This document shows positions 34,907 through 47,455 of a stretch of 64,000 nucleotides of DNA, one piece after another. Position 1 is the stretch's first letter; every line of letters begins with the position of its first letter. The stretch is from Lepidodermella squamata (taxonomy: Eukaryota > Animalia > Gastrotricha), in the NCBI GenBank assembly GCA_047495785.1, contig JBLDXI010000025.1, positions 1,302,001 to 1,366,000 on the forward strand, in the 5' to 3' direction. A model generated the notes under the pieces. It had not been told where the DNA came from and made no database searches. It was given only the letters and a program-made list of their open reading frames with translations. Made by a program: the position numbers and the translations under genes.

Positions 34907-36842
34907 CTATTCCTTGACCAAGTCCTCAAGCCGCAGATCAGCATGCGTCAAGACTATCATAGCGATTTGGTAATAGAACGAGGTTTCATTGTATTTCGCC
35001 AGCTTTTTCTCGCTCTCAAATTCTTCGGGTATAGGATACGTATTGTGAAGCGCGTAAACTTCCCCAGCCGTAAAATTGATAGGAACATTGATTCCCAAAT
35101 TTGTGTAGTCAGCTTTGTATGTCGGGTGGCATGATCGATAGAAGCAGATACCTGTTAAAGATTCTCTCAATAACAGTTCAACAGGTTAGAGAGACTCTAC
35201 CTTGCAAATGAGGCTCTATCAACACGTGATCAGGATAGCATTCATAAGTTTTGTAGTACATGAAAAGGGAATTGTAGAAATAAGGAACCATCCCTATATC
35301 TGCTTTCGCTGACCATTTGAAGTTTCTCATTGATCTCTAAAAAAAGAGAAATAAAATCGATTAAAATTGATTTTAATGTTCAGGTTACTTGAACGTGGTA
35401 GAAATACTTCGAATTAGGCTGAGCTAGCATCACTCCGTTGCTCATGACATCTGGATAGTCTGGATAGCCAACGATGTCGTAACTCAGGACAACTTCGTGA
35501 CGCAGAAGTCTTTCGTCTAGAGGTTTGACGAAAATGGCATCCCAATCAAGGTAGATGCCTCCATAACGGAGGAGAGCTTCCACTCGCCAGACATCGCTGA
35601 TATGAGCTCGGTGATTCACAAGATTGCCAAAAACACTCAGCGGTAGTTGCGTGTCGAGGAAGTGAACCCTATTTTCCCCAAGTTTGAGCAACTTTTGCCA
35701 CCTAGCCCCAGAAGGAGGCTGATCTCCATGAACATAAATCTCAGCCCTGAACAAAACAAAAATCGAGTAAAATACAGCAAAATTTGCGGAACTCGCTTCA
35801 AAACGAAGAGACAGGAAAGCATGCTGAGATAAGCGTCAAATTCAAGAGGAGTCCCAGCTATCCAAATGTAGTGGCAGATAAGCGGGACTTTTGCGTTGTT
35901 TTCTCCGAGTTTTGGAACCATTTCATTCCTGGTGCCGTACATTAGAAGACGAGCGATTTGCGAGACTTGATTCTCGCCCATGAATATATCCTTGGGATAC
36001 ACTTCGACCCCAGGTAAGTATGAATAGCAGAAGTCATCGTCATTTGTTGAGTTGAGTACTCCTTTCTCTATTCTTTTGCAGCTATAGTTTGAGATCGCAC
36101 CCTTTCTATTGACAAAATGAACTTTGTCCCACTCGAATTCTATCGAGTATAAGGTCTCGTTTAATTGATTGCCAGAATCTGCAACGGGGTTGCTCAAATT
36201 CCCTCCGGCAAAGATTATGCCGTTAAGAGGTACCACAAAGCCACCACCTTCTTCCATTATTTTTCGAACATATCTCTCATAAGTTGGCGGGGATGTTTTG
36301 TAGTCCGCAGTCAAAAATGGGATGGTATCGAGAGCCTCCTCCCACCAATGATGATAGCAAGACTTATCCGGTACGGGCTCTTCAGGCATATGGATAACAA
36401 TCTGGTCTGGTTGAAGAAATCTGAGCGCACTCAAAACGCTGAGGTAGTTTTTGAATGTAAATTTTCGCGATTTTTCCGTCGATACGAAATGAACGACTCG
36501 CTTGAGATTGTATTGATTGACTAGCTTTGAGGACTGATAACTGCCTAGTTGATGACTGGACCAGCGCTCGATCGACCGACAGCCAGGGAATTTGAACTCT
36601 TTTCTGGCCTCATCCAAACGCTGCTTCTTCTCTCCCTCTGATAAAGTTGTTGTAGTCGAAGGGATTGTTGACGAGGTAGATGACGTTGATTGTTCTGTCG
36701 TAGTTGAAGTCGAGCAAGCGGGACAAGCAAAGCGCCCGCAGTAATCGAGGGCTTGTTCCAGCTCGTCATACCGCAAAATGCTGAAAATCACCAGGGCGAG
36801 TAGAATAACAAGCCCGACGGCGATTATCGTAAATTTTCTCAT
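34907..36842 (-). CDS. Type II membrane DXD glycosyltransferase (GT32 / alpha-1,4-glycosyltransferase-like), 4 exons
   Basis: N-terminal TM and Ser/Thr stem; VP.I.HYIW, SDVWRVEALLRYGGIYLDWDAIFVKPLD, NGVMLAQPNS. Exons approximately 36842-35797, 35746-35388, 35336-35202 and 35151-34907. Confidence 0.85.
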
Positions 36843-37246
36843 GCCTTTTTCATGTCATTATTTCGAAACTAAGACCAATGAAAAATAATTGATGCATTGA
36901 TGGATATTGCGTAAAATATTAAAACGAGAATAAATCGTGCCTCTAGCTATTGGAAACTCAATGTGTTTCATAATCCGGATTATACATTTTGACTTTTGCT
37001 GTGGTGACTTTTGCACGAAACTTGAGCAAAACTTGCGGCTAATAGTCGTTCAATGCTGGTTGCACTTTCCTTTTCTAGTAGGGAATTGAGCGAAAAATTG
37101 GGGAATGCATGTTTACATTATTGACAGCATCTTAAATGTGAATGATCATAATAAAAGGCAACCGATAAATGGGAAATTGCAATAAATATTTAATTCAAGT
37201 TGATTTTATCATCGATCTCTAGCTTTGTTCTCTTTATAGTACATAT

Positions 37247-38066
37247 TTAAGAAGTTTGCCGGGGCTGGCTTTGCTGCTGGTTCTGGCTCGGCATGATTCC
37301 TACAAAAGTAGCCTGATATCCCATAGGAGGCCGTGGAATTCCGGCTAGCGGAACTGGCGGAGCACCTGGGGATGGTGCTAATTTTGTTGGGCATATCGTG
37401 TCCAGCAAAGCATTCCCAACAACGTCGCGGTTTGACTTGGGAATCACGCTGTTGCTGAACTCTCGAACATTAGCAATTGAGCCAGTTATGCGGACCCAGC
37501 TGACATATTGGTAGCCTCTTCCAAAGAGAACGACCGAGATAGAAGCGCCCAGGAATCTCAGCCTTGAAGACTCCGCTTCAGCATATGATTGGTTGTAGGG
37601 CGAACTGCCTGCGAAGATGAACACAGAAACTCTTTTTCCATCGGTGTGGCCATTTTCGGGGATCAAAACCTGTGAAATCATAGTAATTCCATCGTCTCCC
37701 ATAGAGAGATAGCCTTACCTTAGTCCTTACTTCCTCCAAGGCACGGCCCAGATCTCCGTATTTGCCCAAGTCTTCGGTTGAAAGACTTGTGAAGTCGATC
37801 TGGCCGTTATCTCCGTCAAATTGAGATAACTTAGGGTCATTCAGGTGACTTATAACACGAGGTCGCATAGCGTACTCAACAAGCGCTGACTTTATCCAGT
37901 AACGCAAATTCAACTGAGCCATACGACTGATCAATGGCCGGACGTAATTCTCGTAACTATGTGCTGTGAAGTGGGCCCGATCAATCAGAAAAACGGCTTC
38001 GCCTTCACATTGCTGCTGGGAGTTAACCATCCCATAGCTTACAACGAAAATAACAAATTTCAGCAT
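37247..38066 (-). CDS. Secreted vWA-domain protein vWA1 with Pro/Gln-rich tail (intron 37670-37718)
   Basis: Signal; C...AVFLIDR, ALVEYA, DLGRALEEVR, RVSVFIFAG, ISVVLFG, terminal C. Confidence 0.75.
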
Positions 38067-38203
38067 GTTATATTACATGAAAGGAATGACTAGGAAGATG
38101 TGAGCATTTGACGCTCACAGGTCAATGACTTCGCACTGGTAAAAGTATCAACATTGCACTAGGAATGTGTTTATTCATCATTCATCATCGGAAATAATGA
38201 GTG

Positions 38204-39094
38204 TTAAGGCTGGGTATCTTGAGCCTGGCGTATGGCTTGAGCAGGCGGACGGGCAAGAGGCTGCTGGACAATCTGAGGTGGTTGTTGCAGAAAAGACAAA
38301 GGCCTGTTAGATAACTGAACCAAATTAGGAGCAACAGGGCCAGATAAGGGGAAAACGCTGTTGCGTCTAGCATTCTCCGCATCGCGTCGGCTTTCGTCAT
38401 CTGCAGCTGCAATACCACGGCAAGCTGAACGGAAGAGAATCCGTGAGAAAGTCTCAACATTTTCGACGTAGTTGTTCGGAAAAGCCATGACATTCATAGG
38501 CCCGCTTGAGATTAGAAGCCAGTCATTTGGATCGGCGCCTATGCCAAATAGAGCCACGCTGATGGTTGTTCCATTTTCTTTCAGATCTCTGGCCGTTTGC
38601 TCTGCGATTGCAAAATCAGTAGGGTTAGTTCCAGCAAAAATGACCACAAATACAGATGCTGAATAGTCGTGGCCGTTAGTTAAAACCTGGGGAAAATTGG
38701 ACATTTTTTATCTTCTTAGAAAATTATGTAATTGATTTGAAACCTGATCCCTAATCATTTCAAGAGCTGTTCCAACGTCTGATGCCACTCCGATGTCAGT
38801 GGTGGTCAAAGAGAATTTTTGCAGCCGTCCATTCGTGACGTTGAACAGGTCTTTATCGAGTTGAGCCCGCAGAACACTATTAGTAGCGTACTCAATCATC
38901 GCAAAGGCTCCATCGAGGCCTGCTAACTTATTAGCCAGGGCGATAATGCTTGGGCTGATTATAACATCGTAGTTGAGAGCTGTGAAGTAAGACCGATCGA
39001 GCACGAATACCACCTCGGGCTTGCAGTTCGGCAGCGTTTGAGCCTGGTGGCTACTTCCTGCGAAGATTGCTATCAAAAGTATCAGGTAAATCAT
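38204..39094 (-). CDS. Secreted vWA-domain protein vWA2 with Pro/Gln-rich tail
   Basis: Signal; CKPEVVFVLDRS, FAMIEYA, DVGTALEMIR, VFVVIFAG, ISVALFG; one phase-0 intron at the same position as in vWA1. Confidence 0.78.
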
Positions 39095-39413
39095 GCTTGC
39101 TTAAAATATGATATTCAAAACAAATGTTTACTAACATTTTCAACGGGAAGCGTGCTTTTACTCAGTGTAAACTCATTCACCCAGGTGGCGCTTTTTAATA
39201 AGGCGGCAAACATTTTTACTCGTGTTATATCTTCCTTATAAGAAAGGGTTGAGCTATCAATGAAAATAAACAAAATTGATTGGTTTTTGATTCTCGCTCT
39301 TTGGGCAGTTTTTTGTGAGTAATTGAATGGCGATTCAGAGCAAATGAATACGCTCCATCTCAATAGCTGGGTAAAAGTAGCTACTAGTTTTAACTACTAC
39401 TTCTTTTAGCAAG

Positions 39414-39833
39414 ATGGGTGCACTCCATTCTCAATATCGCCATGAAGAACTGAAGCAAGCAATCACCGATCTGGGCATTTTCACTGCAAAATCGTCGCTT
39501 TTTCCTCCCGAGGTCTCTTGAAACTAATAAATTACTATCATTAAAAATGTCCCTTCTTTTTAGAATACCCTCGACCGATATGCTCAGCATCTTCATCGTA
39601 GTGTGAAATGCGGAAATTTAGCGATGGTTAAAACGATTCTGTGGGACTTTGAACGGAACTATTGTGACAAAACCTCGGCATTTACACGACTTCGAATCTC
39701 AGCTTTGCTAAACAGAATTCCAAGCTGCGCTAGTCAAAATGCTGTTTTAGAGTCCATCTCGCAAGGACGCGTTGACATCGCGAAATACCTCATATCGCAT
39801 TGTGATGGCTATCAATCATCTCGTTTAGTTTAG
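39414..39833 (+). CDS. Small ankyrin-repeat-like gene or gene fragment (exon 39414-39512, intron 39513-39563, exon from 39564; 3' end uncertain)
   Basis: MGALHSQ... spliced in frame via a 51-bp GT-AG intron to ...HLHRSVKCGNLAMVKTIL...AVLESISQGRVDIAKYLI (two ankyrin-like helical pairs). Confidence 0.45.
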
Positions 39834-40262
39834 ATCTTGATTGTCTAGTGATAATGTAATAAATGTTTTATACGTGAAGAATGGCCTAGTTTAAAGGAAC
39901 AATGGCTAGCTTTTGTTAAATCCTCACAGGTGCATTGCCATACCTGTTGCACTTCAACTCGGTGCAATTGTTACAAAGATAGATTAGCTGGTACAACAAA
40001 AGAAAACCGCAGTCATCATCCGGTGGACACCATTTATTGTTCAATATCAGATTTTAGACAAAAAGTACTGTTACTGTTGTGCCTTTTAGTTACATTTTTT
40101 CCTTCATTGTTCTCAAAAAAATATTTGAATAGCAATAATATCCTAGTCATGGCAGTTAACATTTGGCTGAAGATGATGATTTTACTGTGTTGATAATAGT
40201 TTATCATTCAGATGATTTACATTGCATAGGACAGGTTTCTACGAAAGATCAGCCTTGGACAA

Positions 40263-41161
40263 TCAACGGCGAGCTCCGAAGTTGGGGAAGTTGAACGGGA
40301 ATCCGTTGCCGAAGTTAAACTGGCCGAGTCCTTGCGGGACCTGTGGGACTCGCGGGACCTGAGGAACAGCGGGCACTTGGGGAACTGGGGGAGGAGGAGG
40401 AGGAGCGGGCCTGTTGATAGACGGGCTGTCCTTTGACCTGTAACCGCTGTTGCCAGGGCAGAGAAGGTTGAAAATGGTGGCAGCAACCGCCTGAGGATTG
40501 TTGATCTTGTTCTCCGGGTACTGAGTAAGGAGACCCAGCGCGGATGGGATGCGAACCCAGGATGAGAGAAGGTTGGTGCCAGTTCCGAAAAGGCGGACGC
40601 TGATTGTGTTGTTCGGGTTCTTCTTCCAGCCCTCAGCGACCTCATCAGCAGCGGTCTGGTTGAAAGGATTGCTTCCGGCGAGGATGAAGATAACAGCACG
40701 GCGGCTGGCATCGTGACCAGTATCGGGTTGGAAGACCTTGAAATTCAAAAAAAGTTGACCTAATTTTTTAGAACTTTCATAAAATTTAATACCTGACCAT
40801 CAGCATCACCAAGAGCCTCGGCGAGGAGGGCTTCATCTCCGAGATCCTGGGTGGAAACGGTGAACGTGCTGATGGCGGTGTTGTCTCGCTTGAGAACGGC
40901 TCGCGGGTCAGTCAGAGGCCATGTAACGTTGGTCTCATTGGCGAACTCGAGGAAGGTGATTTTAACATCAGCCCATGTGTCGTTAACAATGTTGGTCAGG
41001 GCCTTGAGGGTGGGCGTGAAGGCGGTGGTGAACGTATCCGCTGTGAAGTAGGTACGATCGACGACGAAGACGCCATCCGCTTTGCACGTGGCCTTAGATT
41101 GGGCACTGACCGAGCAAACAGCGAGGGCCGCTACAGCTGCAACAGCTAACCAGCGAGCCAT
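40263..41161 (-). CDS. Secreted vWA-domain protein vWA3 with poly-Pro/VPQ tail
   Basis: MARWLAVAAVAALAVCSVSA signal; CKADGVFVVDRT, ITFLEFA, RRAVIFILAG, ISVRLFG; tail PPPPPPVPQVPAVPQVPRVPQ...FGARR. Confidence 0.78.
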
Positions 41162-42728
41162 TCTATACGAGATTTTATTTTGATATGTGTTATCAACAGA
41201 CTTAGAAAATAAGAATTGACAGGCAAATGAATTCTCGTAGGCTGGCCGTCGGGCTTTTAAGGCTTTAACTCGACAACGCACTCGGCTGTACAACGTCAAT
41301 TTACGACGCTCGGCAGAATATTTCTGCCGGTCGCGGCTTGTGTTTTCATCAGCATCATTTGTTTAACACGCCGCTCGAGGCTTATCTATCATGTCATCAG
41401 CGCATGCATCGCGGGCAATCGTTTTTTTCTACGTGTTTTTTCATCTCTTAACAGATGTTAAATCTTGTAGATCTTGTAGAGATACGCGCCAGCCTCTTTT
41501 TTTAATTGCCATCGTGATGATGACAGCACCCGGCGACCATTGCCCGCGCTCGGCGCTCGGCCGCTCAGGCCAGCCGGTGCTCGGCGTTCAACGAGGATTA
41601 ATGAAGGCGGCACGCTGTTGTGTTGAAGAGATAGTGGCCTTTGATTATCGCGCAAACCATCTACACGAATCTCTTGACTTTTGCGCCGACTCAGGTGCTC
41701 GTAAATGTGATCTGGTAATTTAACAGTTATAAATATTTTAGTCATTTTAAAACATGTTGCCATAAAGGATGCGTAACGTGGGAGACTGCTGGTAAGAACA
41801 GACGCTTTTAAGATAAGCAAATTCTAGAAAATTGTGAATCACCTACCAACTTTTTGGTAAATGAGCGCTTCTGTGGCCTGAACGGGTGTTTAAATAGACC
41901 TGGTCATGTGAGAGAAGCATAACGTGGGCGTAACAGCCGCAGGCTTATAAGGAAGCCATCTTGTCGTTTTTTTACGGTGCCGTAATCTCGGTCGCATTTG
42001 ACAAGCCTTTAGTGAGATCAGAAAGGAATGTTCTGGATACGGTTTTTATGTGCAGCTACAACCCGAAACCTTGGCTTACAACTACGCTTAGCAAACCTGT
42101 CTAAAAATATATTATCGGCCTTCTTCACGCCAAGTTGGAAGTTCATGCCGAATCTATATTTTCTCCGGTTGACAATTTCGCTGCAAGCAGCTTTCCAAAC
42201 GTATAAGCTATCAATTCGATTTACAACCCTGATTATCTAAGGCTCCCTCTGATTACTCTGTAAAACGTTATGAGAAGTACAAAAGATAGCAGAGAGCACG
42301 GTGCCCAAGCACAACTCGCTCACCTGTATCGTTTGTGTTTGCTTGGTTGCTTCACTCCGGCTTCGTTTATAGAGTTTCAATTTGTCTTATGCTATTACGG
42401 ATTACTGAGTGGCTGGATGATTGCTGATGCCTGATTTAATGTTTGAGTTGATGTAAGTCGGTGCAATTCTGAGCGTAGGCTCGCATTTCGAAAAATTCAT
42501 AATTCCAGCAGGGTTGGCTGGGCCTTCTTTTGGCTTATTGCCCTTAACGGTTCATTCGGATACGAGAAAAATGCGTAAATGGTTGGTTTTAGGTTTTATA
42601 AAGACGTTCGACAGCGACTTTCACCGCCTGCTTCCATGCAGTTGTAATTATTTATTCACAACATAAATATTGACAGCTAAAAAATTCCTTTTGATAAATA
42701 ATTCGAGGTAGAAATTTGATTAGCAACC

Positions 42729-43677
42729 CTATCCAAAGATTGGTGGACGAGTACGAGCGTTGCGGCGTTCTTCCGCAATGCGATCCTTGATTTCCTTCAT
42801 CTTATCGAAAGATTCGCCGCAGGCATTCTTGAACAAATTCTGAGCTGCATCGTCATCACCCGGAAACACGCTGGTGCTCGCCGTTTTGACATAGTCAGCG
42901 CCAAAATTCTTCCACTTGTTCTCGGTTCTCGCGTTAGCCGTACGGCTTCTTTCGTCGCTTTGCTGGCGGCCGAACAGAACAATTTGGAGGAATGACTTTG
43001 GCAAAGCTTTGACAGCGCTGATCGATTCCTGGAGAGCAGCCTCGTCCTGAGGATCGCTGGAACCAGCTAAAACCCAAACGAGATTGCTTCGATCTTCAGT
43101 GGAGCTTGCCTAAAGAGGGATGAAAGAGGGATGAAAGCATAATTTTCTATTAATCTTTACTTACCAGGTCAGCGGCAGCCTTAATACCAGCGGCCGGGTC
43201 TGAGGGCCCGCCAAGATCGGCAGGGTTCAGGTTCATTTTGAGTAGAGCAGCATTAGCGGGGTCCAACACGTTGTTATTATCAAGGTTCTGAGCAACAACG
43301 GCAGTGGCGCCGTATTGGACAATACCAACGAAGACCTCGGCATTTATGTCTGCAAGAGTGTCCTTGTTCTTTGTGAGAAGAGCTTGAAGAGTGGGTTTGA
43401 TCTGGCGATTGAACGCAGAACTGGGGAAGAAGTTGCGGTCGATAACAATGACGACGTTAGCCTTACACGAAGGAATCTCAGGGCTGGTGGTTTTGGGTTT
43501 TACAGTTGTGACTGCGGCAGTTGTCACTGCCCTTGCTGTGGTAGTGGCTGGAGCTGTTGTTGGTACTGCTGTTGTAGTTGGTGCTGCTGTTGAGACTGCC
43601 GCAGTCGTAGCATCCTGCGCCAAGGCAAAAGATGTGCAAGCCACAGCGACACCAGCTAGAATCATAGCAAACCTCAT
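42729..43677 (-). CDS. Secreted vWA-domain protein vWA4 with N-terminal Thr/Ala mucin-like segment
   Basis: MRFAMILAGVAVACTSFALA signal; TTAA repeats; CKANVVIVIDRN, VGIVQYG, RSNLVWVLAG, LQIVLFG; ends RRNARTRPPIFG. Confidence 0.8.
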
Positions 43678-44946
43678 TTTCGTGAAATTCGAAGTGACCA
43701 AGTTGGAAAATGATTCTCTACTTAGCGCCGATGTGTGAAATGGATAATTGACTTATCACGGCGGCTATTGCACCTAAAAATGCTATATATCACATACGCA
43801 TCACCACCTCAATTTCAAAGTCATTATCTCAACACCTGCCTTGCCTCTTGATGACTAAAAGATCTCGTTCATTATATGCGAAAACCCAATGTTTCGGTTG
43901 AGTAATTTGCTTTAATGAACAGTGAACGCTCTTGTCGCGTTTACTCATGATGACATCCATTCAATTGAAAACATCGACAGGGTAGCCACAGAAATACTTG
44001 ACCACAAAGGCGCCGTCTTTCACAACATCGAAGGGAAAAGATCCCATGAGTTGTTCCTTGTTCCTCTTCCTCTACATCACCGCGTAATAGTGAGTGTAAA
44101 ATGTTTCACTACTTCTTATATGTCTAAATAGGCATTGGCCATATCCTCGATTGGTCCTTACTCCGGCGAGTTAATTTTACTGAGGCCTGAGGGACAAAGG
44201 ATCAAGCAATCGACCTGATAACAACTCTAAAAGCATTAGGCATTGGTAGATACCAACTTTTCTCCGGTATGATTGAAGCAAGCCTGCGCAACGCTGTTAT
44301 AATAGCGCCTAGCTTAACTGTTTTTTTTCTTGAAAGTAGTGAATTGCAGGATAGCGCGGAAAAATTACCAAAATGTGGGCAGAAGTTCTTTTAGACGAAA
44401 TTTTCAAAATACGAACAAAAAAATATTTCAATGAAACTGGAACTGAGATGAATCTCGGAAAATACTGACAAAATCTTACAATTTTGATAAGCGCTGAGCG
44501 TAAACTAGAACCCATACTTAAACAGGTATGCATGTTGGAACAGAAGCCAGATGTTCGCAGCATTCTAGCCATTATCCGCAAAGCGATAAAAATTTTGTTT
44601 AGCGGCTTGGTAGTCCGCTGGCCTGATGTTGACGCTCATCCCGTTCGATTTTGTTTCGGCTGCTGAAGCGAACCTCGCTCTCTAGGGCTTGCGTATTGCG
44701 TGGCTATGAAGAGGCTATACCACTAAATCACAAGCCTCGCCTGAATTCCGTAAGTAATGAGGTACGAGTTACTTGAGTGGATCTTCAAGGCTGTTCTAGG
44801 ATAATTCGACACACCCTGAGCCTCGCGCAGAAAACTGAAAGCATATGGTACATAATTCACTTCGATTTCGTTGATAGCTTTTCAAAATGGCCATATATGC
44901 TATTTAAAAATTACTGATCATTAGGCTTACTTTTGACCTACTGTAG

Positions 44947-45395
44947 CAGTGTGGTCCAAACGTGGACTCCGGAGCCTTTTGGACTCTTTTCGACATTTTG
45001 CGGGCTCCGGAACGTTTTTTAGTTTTTTCGAGGTTGGACTCCAAATGGGCTCCGAACCTGGCCTCCGCCAGGCTCCACCGGACTCCCTCACCTGAAATTG
45101 GTCACCAACTAGAGGTTTCCCCATGAATCCTCGAACTTTTAATGCATTATAAGCCCATTTTCGGCTTGAAAATGCTCAAAAAAGCGTTGGCTAAAGCTCG
45201 CTTCGCTCGCGAGTCAACTTTTCTGAGCAGTTTTTCTGGCCACAAATTTTTTTGAACCCAAGTGTAAATACATATCACCCCCCTCCAATAAAAGCATACC
45301 ACCCCCAAAATTTTACTGAATACCCTGTGTGGACTCCCCCGGCCTTTTTGGGCTCCGACTGCGGACTCCAAACTTTTTGGGCTTGGACCACACTG
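44947..45395. mobile_element. Non-autonomous hAT-type MITE (449 bp)
   Basis: 13-bp perfect TIRs CAGTGTGGTCCAA / TTGGACCACACTG; perfect 8-bp TSD TACTGTAG at 44939-44946 and 45396-45403; multiple subterminal GG(A)CTCC repeats. Confidence 0.9.
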
Positions 45396-45642
45396 TACTG
45401 TAGCAGCCTATAAAGATGTGAAAGAAAATACGCAAAATTTGAGACAAGAATGAATATAGCATGTTTCGTTTTCATTAATCATTGGGGCTAAATTTTACGG
45501 TTTTATACGGATTGATAGAGGCATTCAGCAGAGGCTTCCACCGCCTGCTCTCAGTTGTAATTTATTTACAGTAGGAATTAACAGCTACAAATCGAAACAC
45601 TCTTATAAATCCAATATATTTTCAGTGTAGAAATTAGTTTGA

Positions 45643-46794
45643 TTAGCGACCGAAGCCAAAGATTGGTGGACGAGTACGAGCGTTGCGGCGTTCTTCCGCA
45701 ATGCGATCCTTGATTTCCTTCATTTTATCGGAAGTTTCGCCGCAGGCATTCTTGAACAAATTCTGAGCGGCATCGTCATCGCCCGAAAATGCGTTGTTGC
45801 TTGCCATTTTGACATAGTCGGCACCAAGGTTCTTCCACTTGTTCTCAGATTTCACGTTAGCTTTACGGCTCCTTTCGTCGCCTTGCTCGCGCCCGAACAG
45901 AACGATTTGAATGAAAGATTTCGGCAAAGCTTTGACAGCGCTTATCGCCTCCTGAACGGCAGTCTCGTTCTTAGGATCGCTGGGGCCAGCTAAAACCCAA
46001 ACGACATTGCTTCGATCATCAGTTGAGTTTGCCTGAGCAGGTATAAAAGAATTAATAGAATAATTATTACATATTCTATCCGACTCCACATACAAGTCCA
46101 GCGGCAGCCTTAATACCAGCTGCCGGGTCTGAGTTTGAACCAAGATCTGTGGTGTTCAGAGTAATCTTGAGAAGAGCGCCAGTAGCATGGTCCGAGACGT
46201 TCTTGTTATCAAGCTTCTGAGCAACGTCAGCAGTAGCGCCGTACTGGACAATACCGATGAAGACCTCGGCGTTTTTGTCAGCAAAAGTGTCCTTGTTCTT
46301 TGTGACAAGAGCGTGAAGAGCAGGTTTAATCTGGCGATTGAACGCAGATACGGGGAAGAAGTTGCGGTCGATAACAATCACGATGTTAGCCTTGCACGAA
46401 GGGACCTCGGGGGTGGTGGTTTTGGGTTTCACAGTAGTGACTGCGGCAGTCGTCAATCCACTAGCTGCTGTAGTGGCTGGTGCTGCCGCTGCTGCAGTAG
46501 CTGCCGCTGGTGCAGGTGGTGGCGACCGTCGACAGAAAGCCTACCTGGTTCTCACGTATGCCTTAATGACTACTCACGGCTCAGAACCGCCTGTTTTTTC
46601 TGAACATTATTATCATCTCAAGCCAGCTCATTAACTAGCGTCGATTACGGCGTGTGTAATGAACACCTTCTTCACCTACGAATTTAATTGTTTAATTGTT
46701 TTAATTGTTCAGGGGCTGAAGGGGCTGGCACCTGCGCCGTGGCGAAAGATGAGCAGAGAACAGCGACGCCAGCTAGAATCAGAACAATTCGCAT
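45643..46794 (-). pseudogene. vWA5, recent duplicate of vWA4 with exon 1 interrupted by an insertion of about 186 bp (in-frame stop)
   Basis: MRIVLILAGVAVLCSSFATAQVPAPSAP then EQLKQLNN* inside the insert. Coding resumes PPPAPAAATAAA...CKANIVIVIDRN...RRNARTRPPIFGFGR. Flanks resemble those of vWA4. Confidence 0.7.
46525..46695. repeat. 171-bp exact copy of 49299-49469
   Basis: accgtcgacagaaagcc...tacgaatttaattgtttaa is identical at both loci (offset 2774). Confidence 0.9.
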
Positions 46795-47058
46795 TATCGT
46801 TAAATTAGAGTTAACAAGAAAGTGGAAAATGATTCTCTAGTTTGTGCCGATGTGTGAAGTGGCTAAAATTGACTTTCATCACGGCGGCTGTTGCACCTAA
46901 ACGCTGTATCACATACGCATCGCCGCCTCAATTTCAAAGCCATTATCTCAACACGTGCCTCTCGACTCTAGTTGACCAAAAGATTCTCGTTCATTATTCA
47001 TTATTATGCAAAAAATCAAGAGTATCGGTCGAGTATAATTCCCCTGTATGCGAAATTA

Positions 47059-47455
47059 CCGTATTTTACGAATTATAAGACCCTGCCCTGAATTTTTTTC
47101 AAACGATGTACAAGTCCTGCCCTGTTTTTGGGGTCTGCCCTTTAATTTGGCTCTGCTCTATAATTTTTTCGAACCCAATCAGTCACCTGAACAGTACCTA
47201 GATCAACAGTTAAAACCGCCGAATAACCACTATAGCTACTGCCTTCCACCTGTGACTACACGCGTGAAGTGTGTGCTCAAGTGGATTAAGGTGGATGAAG
47301 GACGATTAGTGCACTTACTGACGAGAAATCGCAACCTATCCAACTTTAACCACTTACCCAGCAGGCGCCCATGTAAGCCCCTTCATACAAGGCCCTGCCT
47401 ATTATTAAGGTTCTGCCCTAAAATTGGGTCCTGCCTAATATTTCGTAAATTACGG
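47059..47455. mobile_element. Non-autonomous Tc1/mariner-type MITE (397 bp)
   Basis: TA-CCGTATTTTACGAATTATAAG...CTAATATTTCGTAAATTACGG-TA: imperfect TIRs, TA TSD and internal (G)CCCTGCC-like subterminal repeats. Confidence 0.75.

Noticed and set aside
41391-41820. Overlapping ORFs in a GC-richer patch between vWA3 and vWA4
   Set aside because: No recognisable domain, signal peptide or repeat boundaries.
43920-44880. Coding-looking minus-strand fragments (e.g. GDVEKRNKEQLMGSFPFDVVKDGAFVVKYFCG)
   Set aside because: Interrupted by stops and not assignable; possibly a decayed gene, but unsupported.
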